From the NCBI GenBank assembly GCA_946546825.1, contig CAMNOK010000001.1, forward strand, positions 12,956 to 76,955: a stretch of 64,000 nt of DNA. Reading direction: 5' to 3'. Below the pieces are notes generated by a model. It searched no databases, was not told where the DNA came from, and saw only the letters and a list, made by a program, of their open reading frames with translations. The translations under genes and the position numbers were made by a program. Shown one piece after another: positions 37,398-46,436 of this stretch. Numbering within the stretch: the first letter of the stretch is position 1; every line of letters starts with the position of its first letter. The stretch comes from an uncultured bacterium. GTDB taxonomy: Bacteria; Bacteroidota; Bacteroidia; Bacteroidales; Bacteroidaceae.

Positions 37398-37913
37398 TTA
37401 ATCCACGGTGTGTCCGGCCCTGGTGGCTGTGTACCACTTCACGCCATCCTTAGAGAACTGGTAACTGTTGTCTGTGACCAGACGATAGTAGAAGTTGCCC
37501 AGTTGTGTGACGCCCAGGGCATTGGACAGCCCGTCTGGATTCTCCAGGAAAGTCTTACTCCAGGAATAGTCGTAAGGGGTCGTTATGCGTTGCTCCGACT
37601 GCGTTGCCACATCGTAGGTGATGGAGACGGCATTCGTGCCAATGCTCACACGAATGGTATAGGCGGTCTGGTCGGTGTTGTCGATAGCCTGTCTGCTGGC
37701 AGTCACTGTCATGTGGGAGACAGCATAGGTATAGGTATTGTTCGTTTCATAATATCCGGGCTCCACCGTCCATGTGCCGACAATCATATTTACCAGCTTG
37801 TCGTTGGTAGTGAGCGCCATGGGAGCATCGTCGTCACTGCTGCATGAGGAGAACGTCATGGCTACGCTGAAAACCATTGTAGCCATCAGGGCAAGTTTCA
37901 TCATCTTTTTCAT
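37398..37913 (-). CDS. Hypothetical lipoprotein (possibly lipocalin-like)
   Basis: Lipobox FSSC followed by acidic SSDDD; IVGTW motif; TATCTTTG -7 element at 37962-37955. Confidence 0.7.
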   Translation of the reverse strand: MKKMMKLALMATMVFSVAMTFSSCSSDDDAPMALTTNDKLVNMIVGTWTVEPGYYETNNTYTYAVSHMTVTASRQAIDNTDQTAYTIRVSIGTNAVSITYDVATQSEQRITTPYDYSWSKTFLENPDGLSNALGVTQLGNFYYRLVTDNSYQFSKDGVKWYTATRAGHTVD

Positions 37914-38042
37914 GTTCGTAGTTTTTGGGTTTTAAGTTTATTCTGAATTTCCGACAAAGATAATCATTTTTCAATGATTCCCCAAGTGAAAAGGCTGTTT
38001 TTTCCATCAGCTGACAAACTTGACAGCCTGCCTCTGCCTCTC

Positions 38043-39134
38043 CTATCTGCGACGCCCCCGCCGCACAGGTTTGGCAGACTTCGCCGTGCCGGGTCTCGAC
38101 ATCGTCAACGTCAGTGTGTTGTCGGCCGCCGTCTGCAACCTGGCGTTCAGTACTCCGTTGGTATAGGAGCCTTCCTTTTCGGTGTAGCCCATCCTTAGCA
38201 GGTCGGCCTTGACGAGCTCGGGCGTATCGTTGGCCGTAACGGTCACCGATGTAATCTCTCTGGCCTTCTTACCGATGCTGACCTTGGCTTTGTAGGCTCC
38301 CATCAAGAATTCTGCGGGTAGCACGGCAGCAGTCTCTCGTCCCACCGTATAGTCATAGACGGCCAAGGCTGCACGGGCTTTCTGCGGCGTGCCTGCCTGC
38401 ATGATGAGCTGCGCTATGCCAGCCATATCACTGTGGAGAAGCATTTCGGCCAGCCCACGCTCCGTGATCCTTCGCGGCTGCTCCTCAGCCGCCTGCCACT
38501 CTGCCTCGGCAAAGGCCTGTGCATCGGCCTTCGCGTCTTCTATGGCATAGCCCACCACAAAGCCGCCACCGCCGGTTGTGCGCTCATAGTGCAGCGTCAC
38601 GGTGCCCAACTGCGTGTTGATGACATACTGTTCGCCATTGTTGCAGACATAGCCTTTTCCATATACTTTTGTCAGCTCCTGTTTCAGCTCCTGGAAGCGC
38701 CTGCGCACCTCACTCTCACTTGGACGGATGGCAGACTCCTCAAGGTCAACGGCATACACGGTGTGCGTGCTGTCGCTCTGCATGAGTATGACACGCACGG
38801 TCTCACCCAGCGCCCTACCCTGATACAGATAGTAGTGTCCCTGCTGGTCAGTGGGTTCACTGAATCCCTGTTTCGTCAGCCGTTCATGAAAGCCTTTGGC
38901 ACTGATGCCGAGAGGAATGTCAAGAAAGGCCATGCGGTTCAGCCGGTTGTCCCGACAAGACGAGATGTCGGCCATTGGCAGCTGCAGTGTGTCGGTGTTC
39001 ACAACCTGCGATTGCTCCATGGCAACCTCTGTCTTCACCTTTTTCTTCTTCCACTTCTTAAACAGTTGGGCCTCTGCCGTGTTGCAAACCAACATGGCAA
39101 CAACCAACAAAAACAATATTTTCCAATATCTCAT
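38043..39134 (-). CDS. Hypothetical exported protein
   Basis: Signal peptide ending AEA-Q; 363-aa ORF; TATCTTTG -7 element at 39168-39161. Confidence 0.7.
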   Translation of the reverse strand: MRYWKILFLLVVAMLVCNTAEAQLFKKWKKKKVKTEVAMEQSQVVNTDTLQLPMADISSCRDNRLNRMAFLDIPLGISAKGFHERLTKQGFSEPTDQQGHYYLYQGRALGETVRVILMQSDSTHTVYAVDLEESAIRPSESEVRRRFQELKQELTKVYGKGYVCNNGEQYVINTQLGTVTLHYERTTGGGGFVVGYAIEDAKADAQAFAEAEWQAAEEQPRRITERGLAEMLLHSDMAGIAQLIMQAGTPQKARAALAVYDYTVGRETAAVLPAEFLMGAYKAKVSIGKKAREITSVTVTANDTPELVKADLLRMGYTEKEGSYTNGVLNARLQTAADNTLTLTMSRPGTAKSAKPVRRGRRR

Positions 39135-39283
39135 AGTCTAAAAATCACATGATGAGCCCACAAAGATACATAGAAAAGGTGTAACCGACAAGCCATTTTG
39201 GGAAGTTTAACGCTCCGCAGAATGATTCCCGCTTCCTCCACTTCACTCCCATCACAATAACAGAGCACATCTTTCTTCAGCTC

Positions 39284-39431
39284 AAAGCAAAGCTTCTAAG
39301 ACCTGAAAGCAAAGCTTTTAAAAGGTAAAATAAATTATATTACAAAGTAAAATAAATTATATTGCAAAGTAAAATAAATTATATTGCAAAGTAAAATAAA
39401 TTATTTTGGAAAGTAAAATAAATTATATTAC
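39284..39431. repeat. AT-rich 22-bp tandem repeat array
   Basis: Five copies of aaagtaaaataaattatattRc (39322-39431, minor variants), preceded in the same 22-bp register by two aaagcaaagctt units. Confidence 0.92.
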
Positions 39432-39474
39432 TTCTTGAAAGAGCAGGGTTGAGCGGATGAAACGGCACAATTTA

Positions 39475-39792
39475 GGGAGTGTGTCAATATTCAAGTATGC
39501 CATTTGCTAACTTACAATTTGAAAGATTGTTCACTGAAAGACGGGCTGAAAGCCCAACAAGCCAATAGCCCAAGGCAACGCCTTGGGTAGAATAAAATCA
39601 ACAAGAGTGTCGCCCTGTAAGGGCAAAAGCATTTCATTTTCAGTGCTTTTGCCCTTTTCAGGGCGACATTTCTTTGTATACCCATTACCCAGGGTGTTAC
39701 CCTGGGCTATTGGCTTGTTGGGCTTTCAGCCCGCGCTATTACTAACAATTTATTACTTACAAGATGTAATAGTCATATTTTGACACACCCCC
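39475..39792. mobile_element. Non-autonomous MITE-like element containing a REP/REPIN-like nested palindrome
   Basis: Terminal IRs gggagtgtgtcaatat / attttgacacaccccc; internal 48-bp arms 39542-39589 and 39686-39733; inner arms 39608-39631 and 39644-39668; no transposase. Confidence 0.7.
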
Positions 39793-39833
39793 TTGCAGTT
39801 AAGTTCATGATGATCTTTTACATGCTCAGGGCA

Positions 39834-42386
39834 TTACTCTTCGAAGTAGATTCGCTTGACGCGGTTGGAAACACTGGTGAGCACCTCATAGGGAATGGTT
39901 TCCAACAGGTCGGAGAGCATGCTGACAGGAAGGTCGTTGCCGAAAATCTCCACCGTGTCTCCCTCATGGCAATCAATGTCTGTCACGTCAATCATGGCAA
40001 CGTCCATACAGATGTTTCCAACGTAAGGAGCCTTTTGGCCGTTCACCAGACAGTAGCCGCGACGATTGCCCAGACGACGGTTCAGACCGTCAGCATAGCC
40101 AATGGGGATGGCACCGATGACGCTGTCGCGATCAACCACCGTCTTGCGGCTGTAGCCAATGCTGTCTCCAGCCGGCACACGGCGTAGCTGAAGGATGGTT
40201 GTCTTGAGGGTGCTCACGCACCTGAGTGGCCCGTGGGCTCCATGGGTCTCATTGATCACATTAGCCCCATTGGTCTCATTGGTCACATTAGCCCCATTAG
40301 GCTCATAAGGATCGACCCCATAGAGTCCGATGCCCAGGCGGCACATGTCAAGCTGGTGCCCGGGGAAATGCTCTATGCCGGCAGAGTTGCAGATGTGGCG
40401 CAGTATCTTGTGCGAGAAGGCTGCCTGAAGCTTCTTGCTCCCTTCGTCGAAGATGGCGAACTGGCGTTCCGAGAAGTCGTTGAAGTCATCGGAGTCGGAG
40501 CCAACGAAATGGGAGAATACCGACCGTGGGACGATGGCCATCTGGTGGTGCAGCCGCTCTACGACCTCGTCCACCTCTTCCAGGCTGAAGCCAAGGCGGT
40601 GCATACCCGTGTCGAGCTTGATGTGGACCGGCCAACCCGTGATGCCCTCCCGGCGGGCAGCCTTGATGAGAGCATCCATGAGCCGGAAGGAATAGACCTC
40701 TGGCTCCAAGTCGTAGTCAAAGAGAGTCTTAAAGGACGACATCTCGGGGTTCATCACCATGATATTGGCCTTGATGCCCGCCTTGCGCAGTGCCACGCCT
40801 TCGTCGGCAACAGCCACAGCCAGGTAATCGACATGATGGTCCTGCAAGGTCTTGGCAATCTCCTCAGCCCCTGCCCCGTATGCATCGGCCTTGATCATAC
40901 AGACCATCTTGGTGTCTGGTTTCAGGAAAGAACGGTAGTAGTTGAGGTTATCGACCACAGCAGAGAGGTTCACCTCCAGTATGGTCTCATGGACCTTCTG
41001 TTCTAACTGCTCGCTGATGTGGTCGAAGCCGAAGCTACGGGCTCCCTTCAGCAGGACGACCTCATCGTGCAGGCTGCGAAAGACCTTGCTCTGCATAAAT
41101 TGTTCAACGCTATGAAAGAAATATTTCTCGCCCACGGCAATGCTGGCTGCCTGCGACGATATCTCGTCGCCAATACCGATAAACTTCTTCACGCCACGCT
41201 CTACACAGAGATTGGAGACCTGCTGATAGAGCACCTGCGGGGTCTCACCACTCTGGAAAATATCGCTCAAGACGAGTGTTCCTCTTCCGGCATTTCCCTG
41301 CGTCCTGCGATGCATGAAGTCGAGGGCAATGTCCAGAGCATTGATGTCGTTATTGTAAGAGTCGTTGATAAGGATGAGTCCCCGCTGCCCCTGTTTCACC
41401 TCGAGTCTCATGGCCACAGGCTCTAACTGTGACATGCTGACGGCCAGCTCCTCGGGTGTCACCCCTAAGTAGAGAGCCGTGGCGGCACAGGTGATGCTGT
41501 TTTCCACGGATGCCTCGTCAATAAAAGGTATGGTGTATTGCCCTGGGGTGCCTTTCCAGACGTAGGAGACGACTGTGGTCTGAGCCTTTCCGTCATCATC
41601 GGCATGCTGATCTTTGACAAAGAACTCCGCCCTGCTGTCGGTGCGAGACCAGCCGACGCGCTCCCCACGGAAGGCAGAGCGACGTATGCAACGGCTCACG
41701 ACATCATCGTCAGACGGATAGACCAAGGCTTTGGCATCATGGAAGAGCAGCAGTTTCTCCTTGCACTTCTCTTCCATGGAGCGGAAGTTCTCCTGGTGGG
41801 CAGTTCCCAGACAGGTGAACACGCCAATCGTTGGCTGGATGATATCGCGCAGAGCATCCATCTCTCCAGGCTGACTGATGCCAGCTTCAAAAAGGCCTAT
41901 GCTCGTGTGCTCGTCCAGCAACCACACGGAGAGCGGCACACCGATCTGCGAGTTGTAGCTGCGCGGCGACCGAGTGACAGTGCCTCCCTGCCGTCTGCGC
42001 AGAGTCTGGTAGAGCCACTCCTTCACCATGGTCTTACCGTTAGAGCCCGTGATGCCCACCACATCGATGCCGAACTCGTCACGATGGCGCTCGGCCAACC
42101 GCTGCAGGGCGCGCAGCGTATCGGGCACAACAAGGAAGTTGGCCTTGTCGAAGTCAGCGATAGGAAAATCGTGTTGCTGGATGACAAAGTTGCGCACACC
42201 GCGCCGATACAGTTCCGAAATATATTTATGACCGTCATTGCGTGACGTGCGCAGGGCGAAGAACAAGGTCTCTTCCGGGAAGCTCAGCGAACGGCTGTCA
42301 GTCAGCAGGTAGCTGATCTCACTCTTCCCCATTCCCAACTGGCGTGCGCCTATCAGCGTCGCAATCTGCTCTATTGTGTATCTCAT
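39834..42386 (-). CDS. alr: Bifunctional MurF-like ligase / alanine racemase
   Basis: GITGSNGKT and INDSYNND (Mur ligase); MIKADAYGAG (PLP lysine), HIKLDTGMHRLG, PIGYADG, ICMD and TIPYEVLT (Alr). Confidence 0.95.
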   Translation of the reverse strand: MRYTIEQIATLIGARQLGMGKSEISYLLTDSRSLSFPEETLFFALRTSRNDGHKYISELYRRGVRNFVIQQHDFPIADFDKANFLVVPDTLRALQRLAERHRDEFGIDVVGITGSNGKTMVKEWLYQTLRRRQGGTVTRSPRSYNSQIGVPLSVWLLDEHTSIGLFEAGISQPGEMDALRDIIQPTIGVFTCLGTAHQENFRSMEEKCKEKLLLFHDAKALVYPSDDDVVSRCIRRSAFRGERVGWSRTDSRAEFFVKDQHADDDGKAQTTVVSYVWKGTPGQYTIPFIDEASVENSITCAATALYLGVTPEELAVSMSQLEPVAMRLEVKQGQRGLILINDSYNNDINALDIALDFMHRRTQGNAGRGTLVLSDIFQSGETPQVLYQQVSNLCVERGVKKFIGIGDEISSQAASIAVGEKYFFHSVEQFMQSKVFRSLHDEVVLLKGARSFGFDHISEQLEQKVHETILEVNLSAVVDNLNYYRSFLKPDTKMVCMIKADAYGAGAEEIAKTLQDHHVDYLAVAVADEGVALRKAGIKANIMVMNPEMSSFKTLFDYDLEPEVYSFRLMDALIKAARREGITGWPVHIKLDTGMHRLGFSLEEVDEVVERLHHQMAIVPRSVFSHFVGSDSDDFNDFSERQFAIFDEGSKKLQAAFSHKILRHICNSAGIEHFPGHQLDMCRLGIGLYGVDPYEPNGANVTNETNGANVINETHGAHGPLRCVSTLKTTILQLRRVPAGDSIGYSRKTVVDRDSVIGAIPIGYADGLNRRLGNRRGYCLVNGQKAPYVGNICMDVAMIDVTDIDCHEGDTVEIFGNDLPVSMLSDLLETIPYEVLTSVSNRVKRIYFEE
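40228..40308. repeat. Nine degenerate 9-mers in frame inside the Alr domain
   Basis: ggcccgtgg gctccatgg gtctcattg atcacatta gccccattg gtctcattg gtcacatta gccccatta ggctcataa, encoding YEPNGANVTNETNGANVINETHGAHGP. Confidence 0.85.
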
Positions 42387-42406
42387 GCTTTTTTAAAATT
42401 AAGATA

Positions 42407-42438
42407 CAAAGGTATTAATATCTTTTCAAACCTGCAAA
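42407..42438 (-). promoter_or_regulatory. murF-alr promoter
   Basis: Minus strand TTTG (42438-42435), 20-nt spacer, TACCTTTG (42414-42407). Confidence 0.7.
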
Positions 42439-42516
42439 TTATTTGCACAAAAGTAAAGAAGTATTGCCTACGGCAAGTAAAGGGTATGAGTTAAGAATTT
42501 CTGTTTCTTTGTTTTC

Positions 42517-42562
42517 AAGCAAAAGAGGATATGCCATCACTATGGCATATCCTCTTTTGCTT
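42517..42562. terminator. Strong hairpin terminator downstream of the large T9SS cargo gene
   Basis: aagcaaaagaggatatgccat / atggcatatcctcttttgctt perfect 21-bp stem. Confidence 0.8.
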
Positions 42563-42570
42563 CGTTGGCT

Positions 42571-42610
42571 TTCTTCCCCGCCCTATAGGGAGGGGTCGGG
42601 AGAGGGCCTT
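42571..42610. repeat. GC-rich REP-like hairpin with a G-rich tail
   Basis: tccccgccc-tata-gggagggg-tcgggagagggcctt; related copy at 47249-47287. Confidence 0.6.
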
Positions 42611-45600
42611 TACTTCACCACGACAACACGGCCATTGATGATATACATGCCACGGCTGGGGTTAGCCACTTTGCGACCCTGGAGGTCGTAGATAGCACCG
42701 TTCTTCACGCTCTGCTTTCCGTTGTCGATGCTACGAATGCCGGTTGTCTCGTCGTCCCACTGGATAGCAAAGCCGTTGACACGTGCACCGGCAGCAGCAG
42801 GTCTGTAGGGCAGATAAGCCTTGTTAGCTGCCAGCTTTCTACCTTCCGGAGCCAAATAGAAGCCGAGCGTATTGCTGGTCGTGCCTTTACCGAGTACCAG
42901 ATCATAAACGCCTTCATCACCCTCACGAGCGTCCTTGACGACACAAGTTCCTTCAAGGTCATTTTCTGTGGTCGTTGCTGTTGCATCGTCATTGATAGTC
43001 AGGGTGACACTTGCATCTGTACCCTTCAAGATAACACCTGTATTAGCAGGAATGTCCTTGCCAATGTTGGTGCCGATTGCCACATCGCCATCGATGGTCA
43101 TAATGTAAGCATCCACGTCACTTCCGCTATCGATTGTTACACCGAAGGGCAGATAGAGAGTTGCGTAGGTGTGGTCGTCACCGCCATCGTTCATGGTAAC
43201 GGAAATTGTTGAGACATCTTCAAGACTCCAAGTCGAAGCATTAGAACCATCGCCTTCATCCCAACCTACGACTCCATTCAGTCCTGTTGTTGAGTTATAC
43301 CAATTTGCCTCATGCAAATATCCATGTGTTGTTGACCCATCATTAATACTACATTTTCCTGACAGGCTTATATGGTTAAACGCAAAGCTCGGGGCAGCAC
43401 TTTCTGTAGCAGTAAAAAGAGTGTTGTCACCAGAATGTACCTGAACATTCAACCCCTGTACGGATATTTTGTAGTTTTTGCTCGAACCAACACGAGTCAG
43501 CTTAATAACAGTTCCGTAATCGCCATTCTTGTCATTGGCTGTGGTCAACAAACCAATTCCTTTTTCATCACTCAGTTTACCATAAGTAATATACGATGTT
43601 CGTCCACGTGAGCCACTACTCTTGATTCGATAGTAGCCCGATTCGGGAAGACGAGGGTTCATGTATCCTGACATCATTGATGAGAATGTATTATAATCTG
43701 ATTCTGTTACAGTCTCTTGCGCATTAACAGCTACGACCGTGTTATTATAAGCTGTTTCATCAACACCAAAGTACTGACCAAGAGCGTGAGAATTCGCATA
43801 AGCTTCCAAGTCAAGAAGTTCCAACGTCTTATAGGGTACTGCCGATACTGTAATGCAGGTCTGGTGGTAAGCTGCCGATGCTGCAGCAAAGATTCTCAAT
43901 CCTCCATCTCCTGTGTTGTAATTGCACAAGTAGTAGTCGTCATTATCCAATGTGAATCCAGCTCCGTTGGTATGTGCCTTGATACGCAATAGACTATATG
44001 TGGGGTATGTTGCATTGACCATACTTGGGTAGTTTGATAAATTCAGATAATATCCTTCACCAGAACCGTGGTTGACAATTCTCACCCCGTCGTATGGATT
44101 GCCCACGAAAGCCCAAATGCCATTATATCCGGCAGATTGTGCATCCTCAAGTGACACAAGCTGATAAGGAGTAGAGGCAGAGTACACACAATACTCAGGA
44201 TTGTCAGCCGTACTTCGGTTGATACCCAGATAATACCATTTGGCATGGGCATAGTCTGTCGAGAAATCGAACGGCCCATTCCAATTCAAAGGAATTGTCA
44301 CTTCTGTTGTCTCTGCTGTAATCGTTGCAGGTGTGCATGAGCCGAAAGAGCAATATGCAGGCAATTCCCAATCATAAGGAGCAGCAGCTGTCGCACCCAC
44401 CAATTCGTACAAATCCTTCGTGTATGAAGAGATTACATTACCATTGTAGGTGAGTTTATAGGTAACTTTTACAGGAGCCGCATCTTCAACAACAATGGCA
44501 GATCCTTTATCAGTAGCAGCAGCTGTGTTATTCCAAACAGCTAGTTGAGTACTATAATCATGGATGAAAACATATGTCCCGTCTTCCTTTAGAGTAAATC
44601 CACCATCACCCGTACCGATAACCCAGGTGTCACCACCTTCTTGCATCGTAATAGCATTGCCACTTGAACTCCCTGTTTTTTTCAAATATTTGCCATCTCC
44701 TGCTCGTGCATTCATTACTTTTATACCATCATATGGATTTCCTGTAAATGCCCATAGAGCCTCGGAAACACTAGGCTTACTTGTCTTATCAGGATAAGGT
44801 GTCGTATTGGGATCCATTTGCCAGTATTTTTTTCCATTGGCTCTGTTAAAATACACATAATACCATGTGGCACCATCAAAACCGGAAGAGATTTCAAATG
44901 GACCATCCCATGTCAATGTAACATCAACGCTTTTTGTTGAAGCCTCAATAGTAGATGGAGAATATGACAGATTGCAATAAGCGCAATTCCATCCATAAGG
45001 CAATGATGCTGAGGCAGCACCTAACACCTTTGGTACATCATCGTTGGTAGCTAATTTCTCACCATTATAATATAAATTATATGTAATATAGCCCGATGGT
45101 GCTTCCAATTGCCAATCATAGTGTTTTTCTTCTAAAGTTGTGCAATAACCAGCTTCTGGCACTCCATCATCATTGGTGTCATCAACCATCCAATAAGAAT
45201 TATCCGCATACCCGCTATTGTTTCGATTATTTGTAGAACGAATAGCATATTTGCCAGATGCGTTCAAAAATAACACTTGCCCTTCAAAGGTGTCTCTATT
45301 TTGTCCTGTTGTCGTGTTGATGCTTCCACGAAACACTGCAACCCCATCACTCTGACTTCCATTTGTAAAGTATTTACCCGGAGTTGATGTTATTCTCCAA
45401 GCTTTTCCAGCAGGAGCGTAATATGTTCCCGTGGTTGCCGTAAATGTAAAATAACATGCTTCTACCTCAGAAGCTGTCAAAGTTCCATCATCCTTCAGAT
45501 AGTATTTTGTATTACTATTACCGAACTCCGTGAAAATACGATATTGATTCCCTGATGTTATAGCTGACACAGCTCTATTTAAATCTGCGTGAGCGTATTC

Positions 45601-46074
45601 TTCCTCGAAATCGTCAGCTTCATATATATACCATTGACCACCTTGGTTGTCCCAACCATATAGAACAATATCTTTGCCAGCATTTGTTGATTGACTTATT
45701 AATTCTTTATTGGTCTGTCCTTTTGGGTATATATTCATAATGGTTCCACTTTGAACATCAATAGTCCAAAGGGTATTTTCACTTGTTTCCGCTGAAATGG
45801 TTGGAGCTATTCCATCGCTCAATGTTCCCCAAGTTAAATATCCACCCTTATCGGCTGAATAGATGTTGTAGTTTCCATCACTTTCTGTAAGCGTAAACTT
45901 GATGCCATTAAAAAGACAAGCATCAGTTTGCAAACTTGTGTTTATGTATTGACCAAAACGAGAATTGTAAAAATAATAAGCTTTACCACTCGTAATTGAT
46001 GTTACCGGTGTCAATGCTCCCGCCCCCATGCATACGAGCATGAGGAACATGAATATTGTAGTAATTCTTTTCAT
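42610..46074 (-). CDS. Large secreted protein with internal repeats and a T9SS-type C-terminal domain
   Basis: Signal peptide; two ~200-aa repeats (TY.L.YNG...W.GPF..S.....A.WYY...NR...WAF.GNPYDG); YATLYLPF..IPANTGVIL..ANKAYL; ends YDLQGRKV..RGMYIINGRVVVVK. Confidence 0.85.
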   Translation of the reverse strand: MKRITTIFMFLMLVCMGAGALTPVTSITSGKAYYFYNSRFGQYINTSLQTDACLFNGIKFTLTESDGNYNIYSADKGGYLTWGTLSDGIAPTISAETSENTLWTIDVQSGTIMNIYPKGQTNKELISQSTNAGKDIVLYGWDNQGGQWYIYEADDFEEEYAHADLNRAVSAITSGNQYRIFTEFGNSNTKYYLKDDGTLTASEVEACYFTFTATTGTYYAPAGKAWRITSTPGKYFTNGSQSDGVAVFRGSINTTTGQNRDTFEGQVLFLNASGKYAIRSTNNRNNSGYADNSYWMVDDTNDDGVPEAGYCTTLEEKHYDWQLEAPSGYITYNLYYNGEKLATNDDVPKVLGAASASLPYGWNCAYCNLSYSPSTIEASTKSVDVTLTWDGPFEISSGFDGATWYYVYFNRANGKKYWQMDPNTTPYPDKTSKPSVSEALWAFTGNPYDGIKVMNARAGDGKYLKKTGSSSGNAITMQEGGDTWVIGTGDGGFTLKEDGTYVFIHDYSTQLAVWNNTAAATDKGSAIVVEDAAPVKVTYKLTYNGNVISSYTKDLYELVGATAAAPYDWELPAYCSFGSCTPATITAETTEVTIPLNWNGPFDFSTDYAHAKWYYLGINRSTADNPEYCVYSASTPYQLVSLEDAQSAGYNGIWAFVGNPYDGVRIVNHGSGEGYYLNLSNYPSMVNATYPTYSLLRIKAHTNGAGFTLDNDDYYLCNYNTGDGGLRIFAAASAAYHQTCITVSAVPYKTLELLDLEAYANSHALGQYFGVDETAYNNTVVAVNAQETVTESDYNTFSSMMSGYMNPRLPESGYYRIKSSGSRGRTSYITYGKLSDEKGIGLLTTANDKNGDYGTVIKLTRVGSSKNYKISVQGLNVQVHSGDNTLFTATESAAPSFAFNHISLSGKCSINDGSTTHGYLHEANWYNSTTGLNGVVGWDEGDGSNASTWSLEDVSTISVTMNDGGDDHTYATLYLPFGVTIDSGSDVDAYIMTIDGDVAIGTNIGKDIPANTGVILKGTDASVTLTINDDATATTTENDLEGTCVVKDAREGDEGVYDLVLGKGTTSNTLGFYLAPEGRKLAANKAYLPYRPAAAGARVNGFAIQWDDETTGIRSIDNGKQSVKNGAIYDLQGRKVANPSRGMYIINGRVVVVK

Positions 46075-46107
46075 AAAGTACTTTGGTTTGATTGTTAAAA
46101 AGTTAGT

Positions 46108-46287
46108 TTAGTCATCCCAAACGGAGCGGGGAGAAACGGCTCCGTCGTCGTCCACAAAGTTATCAGATTCACGGGAGAATTGCGACACAGCCCTCTCTTG
46201 GTAGTTTATGTTCTGCGAGGCACTCAATAGCCTTAGGCCACGCAAGGGTACTTTCTCACACAAAGGTTTTAGATAGTTTCGTTTCAT
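46108..46287 (-). CDS. Small 59-aa ORF not in the supplied track: MKRNYLKPLCEKVPLRGLRLLSASQNINYQERAVSQFSRESDNFVDDDGAVSPRSVWDD
   Basis: Hand translation from ATG 46287 to TAA 46108; lies between a TACTTTTG -7 element (46360-46353) and the T9SS cargo start 33 nt downstream. Confidence 0.7.
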   Translation of the reverse strand: MKRNYLKPLCEKVPLRGLRLLSASQNINYQERAVSQFSRESDNFVDDDGAVSPRSVWDD

Positions 46288-46436
46288 CTCGATTAGTTTA
46301 TTTTAATTATTATTATTGGTTTAGTTAAATACATAGAAGCCCAAGTTCGGAACAAAAGTAACCACTTTTGTGCTAACAAAAGAATAAAAACAGTTAATTT
46401 AGGTTAACGGAACAAGAAAAGAACAAGCCCCCTAAA

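Noticed and set aside
39322-39431. CRISPR array
   Set aside because: The repeats are contiguous with no unique spacers, and there are no cas genes
46081-46320. Riboswitch or ncRNA upstream of the T9SS cargo gene
   Set aside because: No recognisable aptamer consensus; the interval is better explained by the 59-aa ORF
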